Notes under the pieces: generated by a model
What the model was told of the DNA's origin: nothing
Seen by the model: only the letters and a program-made list of their open reading frames with translations
Databases searched by the model: none
Shown here: one piece after another, positions 11,501-23,573 of the stretch
Position numbering within the stretch: the stretch's first letter is position 1
Layout: every line of letters starts with the position of its first letter
Source: Oopsacas minuta
Taxonomy: Eukaryota; Animalia; Porifera
Direction of reading: 5' to 3'
Length of the DNA: 64,000 nt
Assembly (NCBI GenBank): GCA_024704765.1
Contig: JAKMXF010000177.1
Coordinates: 673,359 to 737,358 of the forward strand
Made by a program: the position numbers and the translations under genes

Positions 11501-12022
11501 CAGTTGATCAGCTATACTAATATCAGCTCCCCTATTCAACAGACACATTATGACTTCCTCTCTATTATGATGATACGCGGCGAGGAGCAGAGTAGAACTC
11601 GTTGAGTTTGATTGGTTAATATTCGCACCGGCTTCTAGAATTTCTCTTACAATATTGACATTACCACCTATAAGAAAACAGAAGTAAACAAAGGTAAATA
11701 ACTAATATTTGAAGTTTATACCTAATGCAGCACACCATAAGGCTGTTGCCCCTCTAATCTCATATCCTGTGAAATCAGGTTTAACTGTCATTGTGTATTC
11801 AAGATCCAAAACTTCTAGAAAATTCTTCAGGATATAGCTTACTATCATATTTTGACCTTTCTGAGCAGCTAGAATTAACGGCGATCCCTTATTGCCCTTA
11901 GGCTGGAATATATCCTTTGGATTTGCAGTCTTTAGTAAAGTTTTTAGTTGAGACCTAAATTCTGGATATTTCCCTTTTGCTGCGGAATCCAATAATTCTG
12001 TATGCAGCGAGCATCTTTACAT
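8585..12022 (-). pseudogene. FEM1: FEM1-like ankyrin-repeat CRL2 substrate receptor, copy A (3 exons, disrupted)
   Basis: GATALWCAA ankyrin motif, LISERVFGP, C-terminal LHLAC...AGSHLD ankyrin and LKLACLSARII...LP..F..FIDLH BC/cullin box. ATG is followed by TAA; maT insertion in exon 3; no upstream region. GT-AG introns ~11670-11723 and ~11290-11440. Confidence 0.8.
9267..10575 (+). mobile_element. Tc1/mariner maT-family (DD37D) transposon, transposase with two frameshifts
   Basis: 25-bp TIR CAGGGTGACAATTAAGTTC(T/A)GATAC with TA duplication (9265-9266, 10576-10577). Motifs FSDEK, FQQDSAPAH and SPDLNPLDY with 37 residues between the last two Asp. The empty site is visible in paralogue D at ~30481-30500. 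Confidence 0.93.
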
Positions 12023-13106
12023 TTCTACGTCACATAACAACGTCATCAACATACTCAGATGAATTGTTACATAATGAATTATTGGATTCTGCAACGAAAG
12101 GGAAATTTCCATTATTTAAGTCCTAACTAACAACTTTACTAAAGAATACACATCCAAAGCATATATTCCAGCCTAAGGGCAATAAGGGATCTCTGTTAAT
12201 TCTAGCTGCTCAGTAAAGTCAAAATATGATAGTAAGCTATATCCTGAAGAATTATCTAGAAGTTTTGGATCTTGAATACTCAATGACAGTTAAACCTGAT
12301 TTCACAGGATATGAGGTTAGAGGGGCAACTGCCTTATGGTGTGCTGCATTAGGTATAAACTTCAAATATTTGTTATTTACCTTTGTTTACTTCTGTTTTC
12401 TTATAGGTGGTAATGTCAATATAGTAAGTGAGCTTCTAGAAGCCGGCGCCAATATTAACCACTCAAACTCAAGGAATTCTACTCCGCTTACCGCCGCATG
12501 CGATCATAACAGAAGGGAAGTTATAAAATGCCTGTTGAATAAGGGAGCAAAAACTAGTATAGCTAATCAAGTGGGACAGACTCCTTTTATGGTAGCGGTA
12601 TTCGGGCTGAATGAAGATGCTCTTAGATTACTCGGTAAGTAATATGTAGATAATTTACAGTAGGAATATTTATACGAATTCTATACGTACAGTTAACTCA
12701 CGTTATATAGAACACGGATATATCTAAATACCCGCTTATATAGATATGTGAAATTTTACAAATATTGTCCTGAACAGTCAAAGTAACATAAATTACACCA
12801 GTCATATCGAAGAAATTATCACGATCCCTTGGGTTTCGAATATTGGGAGTTGACTGTATTATACTTTAATATTAGTTACCATTTATTTGTATACAGTTAC
12901 TTATGGCAAAGCCGATCTTAGACAGTAGCTGCGGGAATAGACACACTACACGTAGCAATAGAACAAAAGCCCCAGAATATATTCAAACTATTAATAGTCC
13001 TCGGTGCTGAAATAATCTGGTCATGTAGAGCCCAGTCTCCATCTCCTCCTACACAGTGCCAGAGGTGTATCAACCCCCCTGCCATCCATTTGTAGCTGCC
13101 AAATGT
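12023..13106 (+). pseudogene. FEM1: FEM1-like copy B, 5' half, inverted head-to-head with copy A
   Basis: GATALWCAA; 54-nt intron 12353-12406; lacks the ATG; in-frame TAA near 12125; homology ends at ~13106. Confidence 0.8.
12690..12856. mobile_element. pogo/Tigger-like MITE in FEM1 intron 2
   Basis: TA-flanked ends CAGTTAACTC... and ...GAGTTGACTG. Full length also in copy E (~56718-56888); deleted derivatives in A, C and D. Confidence 0.65.
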
Positions 13107-13819
13107 CTTAGCAGCTACAATCGAGTAAGGTTATTCTTATACAAAATTTGAAATTTAATGTTATGGTTTACTAAGTAACAATATTTTGAAAATTTCAAAG
13201 ATATGTTTTATGGTCTGCTAAAATAAATGAATGTTGTATCTAGATTCATACTACGAATATTCTCCTTCAATTCACTTGAAAAAGTATTTGTATTGTTTAA
13301 TACGCTTAATATCTAAATGTATACACAATATACTATAAAATCATAAGAAATTAGGAAATAATGTAGTAAACGTACGTCTAGAAACTCTATTAATTTTCAG
13401 TGAATTAGTTAACCAGCTGATTAAAATGGTAGATAACTTGTTGATTGAGGTGGTTTGTACATTACAATCTGTTCTCGCATGCGATAAAGTGTCTGTGGCA
13501 CCTCGAGTTGTATTTAACTTGCTTCCGTTTGCATTGGCAAGTCCTGGTCCGGTAGTTGTCTTGCATTGGCATGAGACGTACCGTATGACCCCTGCCTTTA
13601 CAGTGTTCAATCCAGGATTTACTTTTGGGGGAAAGTTGTCATTATGGGCTACGCTATAGATCTCTGACTATTCTTTCGTTGTATTTATCCCATGCAGATA
13701 TTTTGTGCAATTAAGATACTTCTTAATTAAAAACAACAATAATTTCAATATGAATATTTTAGGAAAATCTGTGTAATTACCAATACACACGATTTAAGCT
13801 TGAACCTCACAATACTATT

Positions 13820-14220
13820 CTATTCTACGGGTCTTTTGCCCTTCATAATGATCAACAAATTCTCCAACATATCATTCGTTAGGAGATCAAGGCCTTCAAT
13901 GCATATGCGCATCGTATGTTCAAGCGTGCCCTCCCCCATCCTGCTGCGGAGTCTTGTTATTATTAGTTTCATATTGCTAAATGTACGTTCAACAGTGGCT
14001 GTTGTTACTAGTAAAACCTCTAGGCCTCTACTATTGCAGCTAAATTTGATAAGTTTGTAAATGCAATCGAAATGTCTCCGCTATTGATCAATTTCGATAG
14101 TACAGCCTGCAAAGATCTTCTAAATTATCCGCCGAAACAATTTCCATTCTGCTTCAGTTTTCTCTCCATCAATGTCTGGTTGTGACACCACCATCATCAC
14201 CAATTCTGACATGTTGTATA
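13820..14220 (-). mobile_element. hAT transposase C-terminal dimerisation-domain remnant
   Basis: Manual minus-strand translation gives TTATVERTFSNMKLIITRLRSRMGEGTLEHTMRICIEG, with stops upstream. Confidence 0.7.
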
Positions 14221-14291
14221 ACATTATATTCATTTATGAATAAACTGTTTATTCAATCAGTTTACCATTCTGATGTCATTAATTCCAAAAT

Positions 14292-14564
14292 ACCTTACTA
14301 TAGGAAATTAACGCGATTTTGAGGGAGAACATTTGTATATTCACTATTTTATGCGAATAAATATTAAGAAATTATTCAATTTTCTAAACATAAAGAGAAA
14401 TAATTCCTAAACAAATAATATGTCCTTATAAGGGTCTAGATCTCGGAACTCGGAAAACATGTAAATTGGGAGTTTGCCATCCATTGTATAAACTTGCTAA
14501 ATAGTATAAATTGCAGGAAATTAACGCGAATTGGAGCATTCGCGTTAATTTCCTATAGTAAGGT
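14292..14564. mobile_element. 273-bp MITE with perfect 25-bp TIRs
   Basis: ACCTTACTATAGGAAATTAACGCGA at both ends; internal 15-bp-stem hairpin at ~14516-14553; no TSD identified. Confidence 0.7.
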
Positions 14565-14819
14565 GTCAACAATAGTGATACATGATGAAATGACAATAAT
14601 TATAGTCTACATTGAATATTATAGAATAGAGGTGGATAGTGGTGATGATTATTTATCACTATAACTACTACAATAACTAGAAACAAACTGTATTTGAAAA
14701 TTATGAATACAATACACATCTGTACTAGAAATACAAGCGCTATTCAGACTGTAACTTTGGTAATTTCCTCTTGAATTCACCACGGCATTTTTCAAGTTCC
14801 TTTCGAGTCTAGATTGCGA

Positions 14820-16454
14820 ACTTTATTCTTCGATAAACAATTGCTGGTGGCAGATAGTATTTCGCTGAGATAACAATGGAATGGTGTTTGACAAGCACAC
14901 AAATCTCCAGAAATCAAAATTCTCAAATTCTATCCTCGAAATTGAGAGTTGATTAAGTTTAGTTTTACTGTTACCAGCAAGAAATTGTCTCATCAGTCGA
15001 TTGTCCTGTTCGATTCTAGATAAGATTTTTAACAGAGTTATTACTGCATTGACAACACCATCTGAAGGATATTTAAGCCCTCCTCGGTCAGCTAAGTGTA
15101 TTAGATTAAAGTCAGAATCTTCACTCTCCAAGGCAAATGTTTCACTGTATGTGAGCAAAGATATACAACTATAAGGTTCATTGTTACATAAGAAAGTCTT
15201 AACAAATTCCTTTACCGAAAGTCTGAAATTTGCTTTCTTGAGCTCTGTATAACTTTAAGATTTTAGATACTTTAATTCTACATTCACTCTCAACTATTCG
15301 GCAGACGGAAATGTTGTAACTACAGCCAGACATTAATCTGTAAACCCCAGTGTTTTTCAAGAGAATCGTGTTGTAGCAATCCTGTCAAACGTAAGAAAAT
15401 CCACAATCAATGATTCTTGGTATAACTTGACAAGTGTGAATTAAGCTGGCAAATGTTTGTGAACTAACTTTTCCAGCTCTATCACTACAACTATAGCTCT
15501 TCCAATCTTGAAGCCAAGATACAAACTTTGAAAAGAACACAAAACTATCATCTTCAAGCTGGAAAAACTTTGAATCAGGGTCGCATAGTTGAATATCTAT
15601 CCCTGGACTATGAATATTACACATCTTCCAAAATCTGGTAATGAGAGAAATAAATTGGAGTCGATTGAAGATTTTCGTGCTCTGGGAATCTTCTTCACAA
15701 GTTCTAATTTTCTATGATAGATCTAACTGAATGAATAACAGTATTGATACCAATCTCAACATTATATTGTTCATGTGTTCTAAAGCTTTTGAGTTTACTG
15801 ATAAATTTGACGAATATCAGAAAGGCGATTATTATGGATGGAACTTCAACTTCATTTACAAAACAACTCACATGTAAAGCAGCATCAATACAGATCTGAT
15901 GAGATATAGTCAATAGTGGTCCCGATAGTACTCTCTTGAAAATATGCAATGTACCCTGACTTGAGGGAATATACGTCCATATTTCAGTTAGGTTAATTGT
16001 CGTATACTTTAGCTGGATGTCATCAATATTAGAAACAGAAAAGCTATTATTTTATTTTTATGTTCAGCACGACTCAACTCAAAAGAGCATGGCAAAAATA
16101 TCGGATATCAATTTCATTTTGGTCCAAACGATCAGGTTGTTTAGAAGATCCTTGTAAATAAGAAGGGCAGTTAGGTAGATTGACGGGCTTGGCATTTTTC
16201 ATAAGGACCAGGCTTTGTTGAAACTTTCTCTACTGTACCATAGGAATATCGAAGTGAAGTAACACGTCATCGTCATTGAAGTATTTCGAACAGATGAAGA
16301 CTTTTGCCAATTCCCAAGCATTATTTCTATGGAGAAATCTTCGCCATTCATCCTGCAATTCTTTTGACCAATGATTCGCCATTTCAAACACTGGAGTATA
16401 ATTAGTGCCATCATAATTGGAAGAGCAGTTGGCCACACTACACCTATTAGGCAT
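14820..16454 (-). mobile_element. P-element/THAP9-like transposase pseudogene, internally deleted
   Basis: THAP domain MPNRCSVANC...W...FICSKYF (His replaced by Tyr); downstream LQHDSLEKHWG-like and DRGGLKYPS motifs; many stops and frameshifts. Confidence 0.7.
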
Positions 16455-17037
16455 ATTGCTAAGGAGTAAGGAAATATCGGTAAATAATAATTGAACTACT
16501 GAAAAATGGGTCAGAGGATGTATAGCGAGTTGGTAATTGATACAGACAACATAGGTTGTGTGTGGCCACAGTTGTGTGTATTTCAATATAATAGTTTTCT
16601 TGCTCTTTGAGCTTTTCTTATGATGGAAGATTAGCACTTTTGGTGGCTTATGCCCTTTCTTGCTAGTTTTCTTTGTAGGCTTTTCTAAGCTTTGGGAAGG
16701 TCCTGGAATAGGAGATGGAGGGCGATGGGATTGGAATTCCTCTGGCGGATTATAAGAGATCGGGGTACTATTGTATGTACTATTCTGATTGATTGGAGAA
16801 GAGTTTAGATTGGGAGGGTGGAAGAGTCGGGTGGGAATAGGAACTAAGGAGAGATTATTATTATTTCCATTGGTAGGGATAGGAGAAGAGGCAAATGTAT
16901 ACCTCTTATCCATTTTATTCACTATATTCATATTTGGTAGGGCTGGGAAGAGAAGATTCCTTTTCATTTCTGGTACAATGAATGTATCTAACAATGAGAA
17001 ATCTTAGATTCGTATAAATCTGTAAATACATAGAAAT

Positions 17038-17563
17038 GGCGTGTCTGAAATACGGGACGTGACGTTATGATAGCCACCTCAATATATCACCCAAATGAAT
17101 AACTATATGCGTCATGTATTCTGTGCTATCACTACTATCCCAGGATCTTAGCTAGTACGTGAAATATTCTGGCGGTGTAAGCGCTTGAGTATGGCCTGAA
17201 AACCAATCCAGGATATATTTGGGCCAACGAGCAATTTATGGCATATTATAGTGTGAGAAATTAGCAAGGGCTCCTATTTCACTGGATTGGTTTCCGATAT
17301 GCTAGCGATATACGGACCTCAGGGGTCCGTTAAATGCCAGTGTTTTAGGCCCCAAAAAGGCGGTCACACAGGGAACAAGCAAAACACTCTGAAACAGTAT
17401 TTCAAGGGTCAATACACTGTGAATAAACAGGTACGGTGCCTTATTCATGAAACATATAGTTATACACTTTGGGAGAGGAATTTGGGTTACTACAACGTCA
17501 CGTACTTTAGGCATCTACATTTTCCGAGACCATCACGTCACGTCCCGGAAATTAGGCACACCC
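17038..17563. mobile_element. Possible PIF/Harbinger-like MITE
   Basis: Imperfect ~35-bp inverted ends (GGCGTGTCTGAAATACGGGACGTGACG versus the reverse complement of the 17531-17563 end); no clear TSD. Confidence 0.4.
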
Positions 17564-19158
17564 AACAGAAATAGTTGGAAAATACATAGATACAGACATC
17601 CCTCGCCATTCGCGGGGAGTACGTTCCTGAAAATTGTTGTGAACGGCGAGTGCTGTAATTTAATAGGGTTGTATAAACAATTGAGTTGAGATGGAGAATT
17701 CCAATTTAGCATGGCTCTCAACTCACACGATCTTGTCGTGTCCCACGATTTTCGGTCTATATCAGCGCTGGACGAAAAGAAATTCCATAGTGGCTAAATT
17801 AGCCACCACCTCGCATAACTAAGCTAAAACATACGGTGTTTTGGCGGCTTCCACCAGATTTGTCGAGTGCTGGCCTATATTGACTAGAAAACCCTTGATT
17901 TCATACAAAACTAATACAAAGTTGTACACATCCCGATAGAATCGTGAGATTTTTCACGAATTTCACGATTTCGAATCTTTTAATGTTGAGAGACCTGTTG
18001 CGTAGGATTCTGGCCAGCATATAATGTATTATTGTCGTAGGATTTTGACCCTAAAGTAATCTTCTCTTTCATTTGACTTTTTCGAATTCCATACACTTTC
18101 ATTACCTAATTACCACTAAATGTACGTAATGTAATTCAACTTTAGGCTAGCTATACGTATACGTAACTGAATAAGCAAGTCAATTTAGAGTTGGATTCTA
18201 GAAAGTAGTGAATTTGTTTGATAACATGTAAGCTATGTTCCCACTACGTATAACAAATTTACAATATGTATAATTATCCAAAATGCCAAAAATAGACAGT
18301 ATATATAAATATTTTATAATAATATCACTTGGACAGAAGGTGGTAGGTATTTGATAATTGTATTTAATAACTCATAATAAATAATATAATTTAATATGTC
18401 AATCAATATATTGCAATATATTCTATCAAATAACAAAATTTTTGCCAGCATTAGCATGATAATGAATATTCGGAATATCTTAAGTACGAATTGTAGGCGA
18501 TTTCATCTTTGCCCATTTCTCTATACTTCCTAACAAGCTTTAAGGAATAACCACTGAAATATGTTCATCTATTGGACAAGCATAGACTATGCATTTGTTA
18601 CTGGTGTCTTGGTATAATGTTGATACACATATAGAGTTGAGGTGAAAACCGCGAGCCTCTGGCACGCTGCATACTCCTGGATAACACTAGATTTCTATAA
18701 ACAAAACAAGTCAGCTGCGATGACCTCCTCCTTCCCCTTACAGCCACCCCCTAACGCTAAACGTTTAACGTTAACCTCACCTTGTTTATGTGTGCAGTGT
18801 AGGAGCGAGTTTCTCATGTAGTTGGGTTAAGTAGGTGTTATTGACAAGGGCTGATAGTATTCGAGGTTTCAATTGAAGTAGCTCAGAGTCGATATTTTCA
18901 TAGATTGAGTGTTGTTGCGGTGTTTCAAACGTTTCCTCCATGGTATCCAGGTTCAATATATCATCCAAAGAATCTAAATACATAATAAATATGTGAAATG
19001 TAGGATTGCTATTACAGTATAACTCGGATAAGACGTACCCCCTCGGGAAACAGAAATTAGTACGTCTTAAGCCGAGTTCTACTGTATTAATCGAATCAAT
19101 ACAGAACACAACTAGTTTTATATGTACGTAATCATGGGCTGAGTCAATTAGTTATAGT

Positions 19159-21120
19159 TCAGTACAATATTGTCTCGCTAATATATTTACCGCTAGAAGG
19201 GAATTTGCAAGATCTTTTGGACTTCTTTGATTTGCCTGTCTTCGTTCGAACCTGCCTTTTTTCGTTCATGCGAGAATGATATTTTCGTGATAGATGGATA
19301 GGTAATTTTGTTGTTTTGCTATCTGGGTGTTTGCGAGCATCTAGGTGGCTTGGTTTAACTTTCTCTATCGTATATGGTCCCAAATATTTCTTTGCATCTT
19401 TTGTTCCTGGGAGTCGCTTGGCTTTCTTTAAATTATGTACAAGTACTTCATCTCCTTCCACAAATTCTGATCTAAAGTTAAACAATGATTATACAAAGAA
19501 TTATAATCTGCCAATTACGTACAGTTTGTAATTATGCTAATTATATAACTAAAGTAAGTATTTTGGAATTTAAGAATTCATATAATTGAGGAAACAAGAA
19601 ATTAGTTCCGATTCAAGATTATTTCATATTTACCTGATTATACAACAGTCAGTGAATTGAATTTAATTTTAGTAAGAGATGATGTATGAAATTCCAACAT
19701 GTTACATCACAACAAGAATGTGTTTCGTTATTGCTTACCTGTTGTGTCTAACTTTGCTGTCATATGTTTTCAATAGCAGTCATCCTGTCAGCTTTACGTG
19801 TTGAAGAAAGATTTTCTATCCATTCGTTATCAATTATAGGAAAGTCAAATGGGCGTTGTTCGTTTGCATCCATTTGAATATTCTCATTTTCTGATGCTTC
19901 TGCCTCTGAGATATCAGCTTCGGTTAGTAATCCGGGGTTAGTTGGAGAGGGGATAAGATTGAGAAGGTTAGATGTATCAAAGTCTCTCCCAAACATGAGA
20001 TAAAAGGGTGTGTAGCTTGTAGAGATTTTGGTTTGAGTATTTGCTGCTAGTACTGCTGTCTGTAATTTCTCTGTCTATTCAGTGTCCCCATCAGATTGCA
20101 TCTTGTTGATTTTTCTATTTGTAAAAAGTGTTGAATTGATTCAAAGTTATCTAATTATAAACGACGTGTATTAAACGTATGTTATGCTTATAATATATAT
20201 ATATTTATATTTAGCATCAATACTCACGTTTTCAATATTTTGTTGTGTGACTCAACAAGTCCGTTACTTTGTGGGTGGTATGCTGTGGTTCTTCTGGTGT
20301 TGACATTTATCTTGTGAAATTCTTGAAATTCCTATTTTGAAAGTAAATAAGAGAACAATGACAATCTACTACACACGTGTATTTAGTCTTGTACAACAAT
20401 AGTAAGAAAGACAATACAATTAATAAGGTATATTTTCCATCAGAAGGTAGTAGCATTAATTCGTAAATTCTTATTTATTAGTATTTAACATAAATTAAAT
20501 TCCAATTTTTCAGACGGTTTCTTAAATATGGCTATCAGGACGCACAATTTCCTACCAGGGTATATATTGAAGCAATGCGCTGACAATTGACAATGCAACA
20601 TATTACGTACGTATATCCAATATAGTAAGTTGCATTGTGAATCGGGAATAATTTACTTGGTGTATTTACAATTACTAATCTCGAGTATGTAAAAATATGA
20701 GTTACCTTGCTTGAGAATTCTGTTCCCTGATCATGTTGGAGGATGTTAGGTACGCCGAATGAGAGATAAATTTCCTGTAAACAATCCAATATTTCTTTAG
20801 AAGTTTAAGTCTTGAGTGGTCGGGCAATTACAAATTTACTCAGGTAGCATACGATTACAAGAATGTGCTGAAATCCAAGTACAGTGCGAGACATATTGCA
20901 TACAAGGTCAATTCCACAATGGCGCCATGGTTCTTCAGGAGGAGGAATAGGTTGAAGCTCTCGTTGTGGCTGAGGAAGTAGAGCAGCAGCGGTTTGACAG
21001 TCATGGCAAGTTCGGATCTAGAACAGGAAATGATTTAATTGTCAGTTTGCAGTCTAGTCTAATGTAATTTGCTACGTCCCAGATGTCCCACCAGCTATCC
21101 AAATTACTAACTACCGCAAG
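19159..21120 (-). mobile_element. Intron-containing Gypsy-type integrase pseudogene (Ginger/GIN-like DNA transposon)
   Basis: Spliced pieces GHLGR, CHDCQ, WRHCGID, LQHDQGTEF, TTAYHPQSNGLVE, YTPFYLMFGR and YLGPYTI, separated by GT-AG introns; in-frame stops; no RT or RNase H nearby. Confidence 0.7.
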
Positions 21121-21321
21121 GATCATTAGTTGTTAGATACATGGTTGGTTGGTTGGTCGGTTATACCGCACAAATAGATTTCCATATGATAAAATTGTAT
21201 ACCGGTATACTAAATATCATCAGATCGCACAATATTAATTTTACAATCGAACAAATAAAGCTGTATACAGTAGAATAATTACAAGGTGAATAACCTCAAA
21301 CTATAAAATACATGCTGTTCT

Positions 21322-21479
21322 CAGACTTAACAACCCCTTTTGCAAATTTCCCTGGATTTCACGATATTCCCCGATTACACCCGAAAATATCAAGAAATAT
21401 AGCAAAACATAGCAAATTTCCCTGCATTTGTAGTGAAATCCCGGGTAATCCAGGGATCCCTGGAGGGTTGGAAAGTCTG
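21322..21479. mobile_element. Short hAT-like MITE
   Basis: Imperfect TIR CAGACTT(AA/TC)CAACCC; flanks TGTTCT and TGTTCC. Confidence 0.45.
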
Positions 21480-21709
21480 TGTTCCCAGCCACATTTTCAT
21501 GAAAATCACATATGAAAGAAATAAGTAATTTAGTAACTCACGTAGGATCCAACATCATTGTATATACCATTCCAATCATATTTGTTTCGGATACCATCAA
21601 TATATGAGAACATCAAATTTTACACAAATAAATATTGAACATTTTCAAGAATTTGCCAAATTTTGTCTCTAGTAAGCATTTATTTAGCAAAATATGTCAT
21701 TCTTCGATG

Positions 21710-22296
21710 CCACGTAGAACGTTAAATATTGCAATTATCAACTCAAAGTGAATCAATCAAATGATTTATAGATACTTTTGTATAATTTGTCAAAAATTTG
21801 TCATTCAAAAGTTGGCTAGTTTTTGAGTTAAAGCAGAAACCATGGATGACTATTGTTAGGGAATATTCAATAACAACTCGAGAATCAACAAAATTATCGT
21901 AAATCATACTATCCAATGTATACTCTATACCCGACTTCCTATACCCTTGTAATACATTTTCATATGAAACAATTGAAGAGTAGTGCGGAATATTGAAAAT
22001 GACCATGTATGGGCATCGTCACATTGGTGAGAGATATCATATCAAAATGTATTGCAAGGGTATGGGAAGTCGGGTAAATAGTATAAATTAACTATTCTGA
22101 TTTTACGACAAGTTTTCATGATTCTCGAGTTATAATTGAATATTCATTAATAATTGTCATCCATGGTCTCTAACAAAACTCTACAACGAGCCAACTTTTG
22201 AATGACAAATTTTGACAAATTATACAAAAGGATCTATAGATCACTTCAATTATTCACTATGAGTTGATACATGCAATATTACACGTTCTACAAGGG
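21710..22296. repeat. Fold-back element with ~260-bp imperfect inverted arms
   Basis: 21710-21967 pairs with 22038-22296; related sequence at ~48720-48960. Confidence 0.75.
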
Positions 22297-22540
22297 GTCA
22301 ATGAATGATATATTTTACTAAATAAATGCTTACTAGAGACATATGTTTACACATTCCTAAAAGTTTATACCATTTATTTGTGTACAATTTGATGTCCTAC
22401 AATAATGTATTACATTTATTCAGCCAAAAATGCATTATCCTGCAAAAAAGAAACTATGTCTATAAATATTTTCAGCTCATAGTGCATCCCTGGTGCCAAA
22501 ATTTCGAGTTACTGTTGGTTCTTATGTCTAGTTGGCCATG

Positions 22541-23573
22541 ATTCAGGCCGTTTACTGAGATAATCCATTGCATACTCATTGTGACATTTGGCAGCTACAA
22601 ATACATGACAGGGGGATTGATACACCTCTGGCACTATGTGGTAAGATATGGAAGGAGATGGAGATTGGGCTCTACATGGAAAGATTATATTAGATCCGAG
22701 CTGGATTAATAGATTGAATATCCCATGGGATTTTCGTCCTATTGCTATGTGAAGTAAGTCTGTTCCTGCAGCTGTTGTCTGACTGAGAACGGCCTTGCGA
22801 TTGGTAACTGTATCCAAATAAATGGTAACTAATATTAAAGTATAATACAGTCAACTCCCAATATTCGAAGCCCAAGGGATCGAGATAATTTCTTCGATAT
22901 GACAGGTGTAATTTTGTTACTTTGACGGTTTCTACATATTACTTACCGAGTAATCTAATAGCATCTTCATTCTCTCTCAATACAGCTACCATAAAAGGAG
23001 CCTGTCCCTCTTGATTAGCTATACTAATATCAGCTCACTGATTCAACAAACACATTATAACTTCCTCTCTATTATGATAAGACGCGGCTCTAAGCGGAGT
23101 AGAATTCGTTGCGTTTGAGTGGTTAATATTCGCCCGGCATCTAGAAGCTCTCTTACAAAATTGACATTACCACCCATAAGAAAACAGAAGTAAACAAAGG
23201 TAAATAACTAATATTTGAAGTTTATACCAAATGCAGCACACCATAAGGCTGTTGCCCCTCCAAACTCATATCCTGTGAAATCAGATTGAACTGTCATTGT
23301 GTATTCAAGATCCTAAACCTCTAGAAAATTCTTCAGGATATAGCTTACTATCATATTTTGACCTTTCTGAGCAGCTAGAATTAACGAAGACCCCTTACTG
23401 ACCTTAGTCTAGAATATATCCTTTGGATGTGTATTCTTTAGTAAAGTTGGTAGTTGAGACTTAAATAATGGAAATTTCCCTTTCGCTGCAGAATCCAATA
23501 ATTCTTTATGTAACAATTCATCTGAGTATGTTGATGACGTTGTTATGTGACGTAGAAGATGGCTACTTAACAT
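22541..23573 (-). pseudogene. FEM1: FEM1-like copy C, 5' half
   Basis: MLSSHLLRHITTSSTYSD... N-terminus; early TAG; GATALWCAA; truncated within exon 3. Confidence 0.8.

Noticed and set aside
12353-12406. Stop-free, in-frame 54-nt intron in FEM1-B as a hydrophobic alternative insert
   Set aside because: Paralogues A, C and F have TAG in it, and B is already disabled upstream, so it is probably chance.
14581-14597. CATGATGAAAT, matching the start of the Drosophila P-element TIR, near the P-like remnant
   Set aside because: Only 11 nt in AT-rich DNA, and I found no partner repeat at the other end.
17710-17997. Possible hAT MITE with CA(T/G)G(G/T)CTCTCAAC ends
   Set aside because: The TIR is short and imperfect and there is no TSD.
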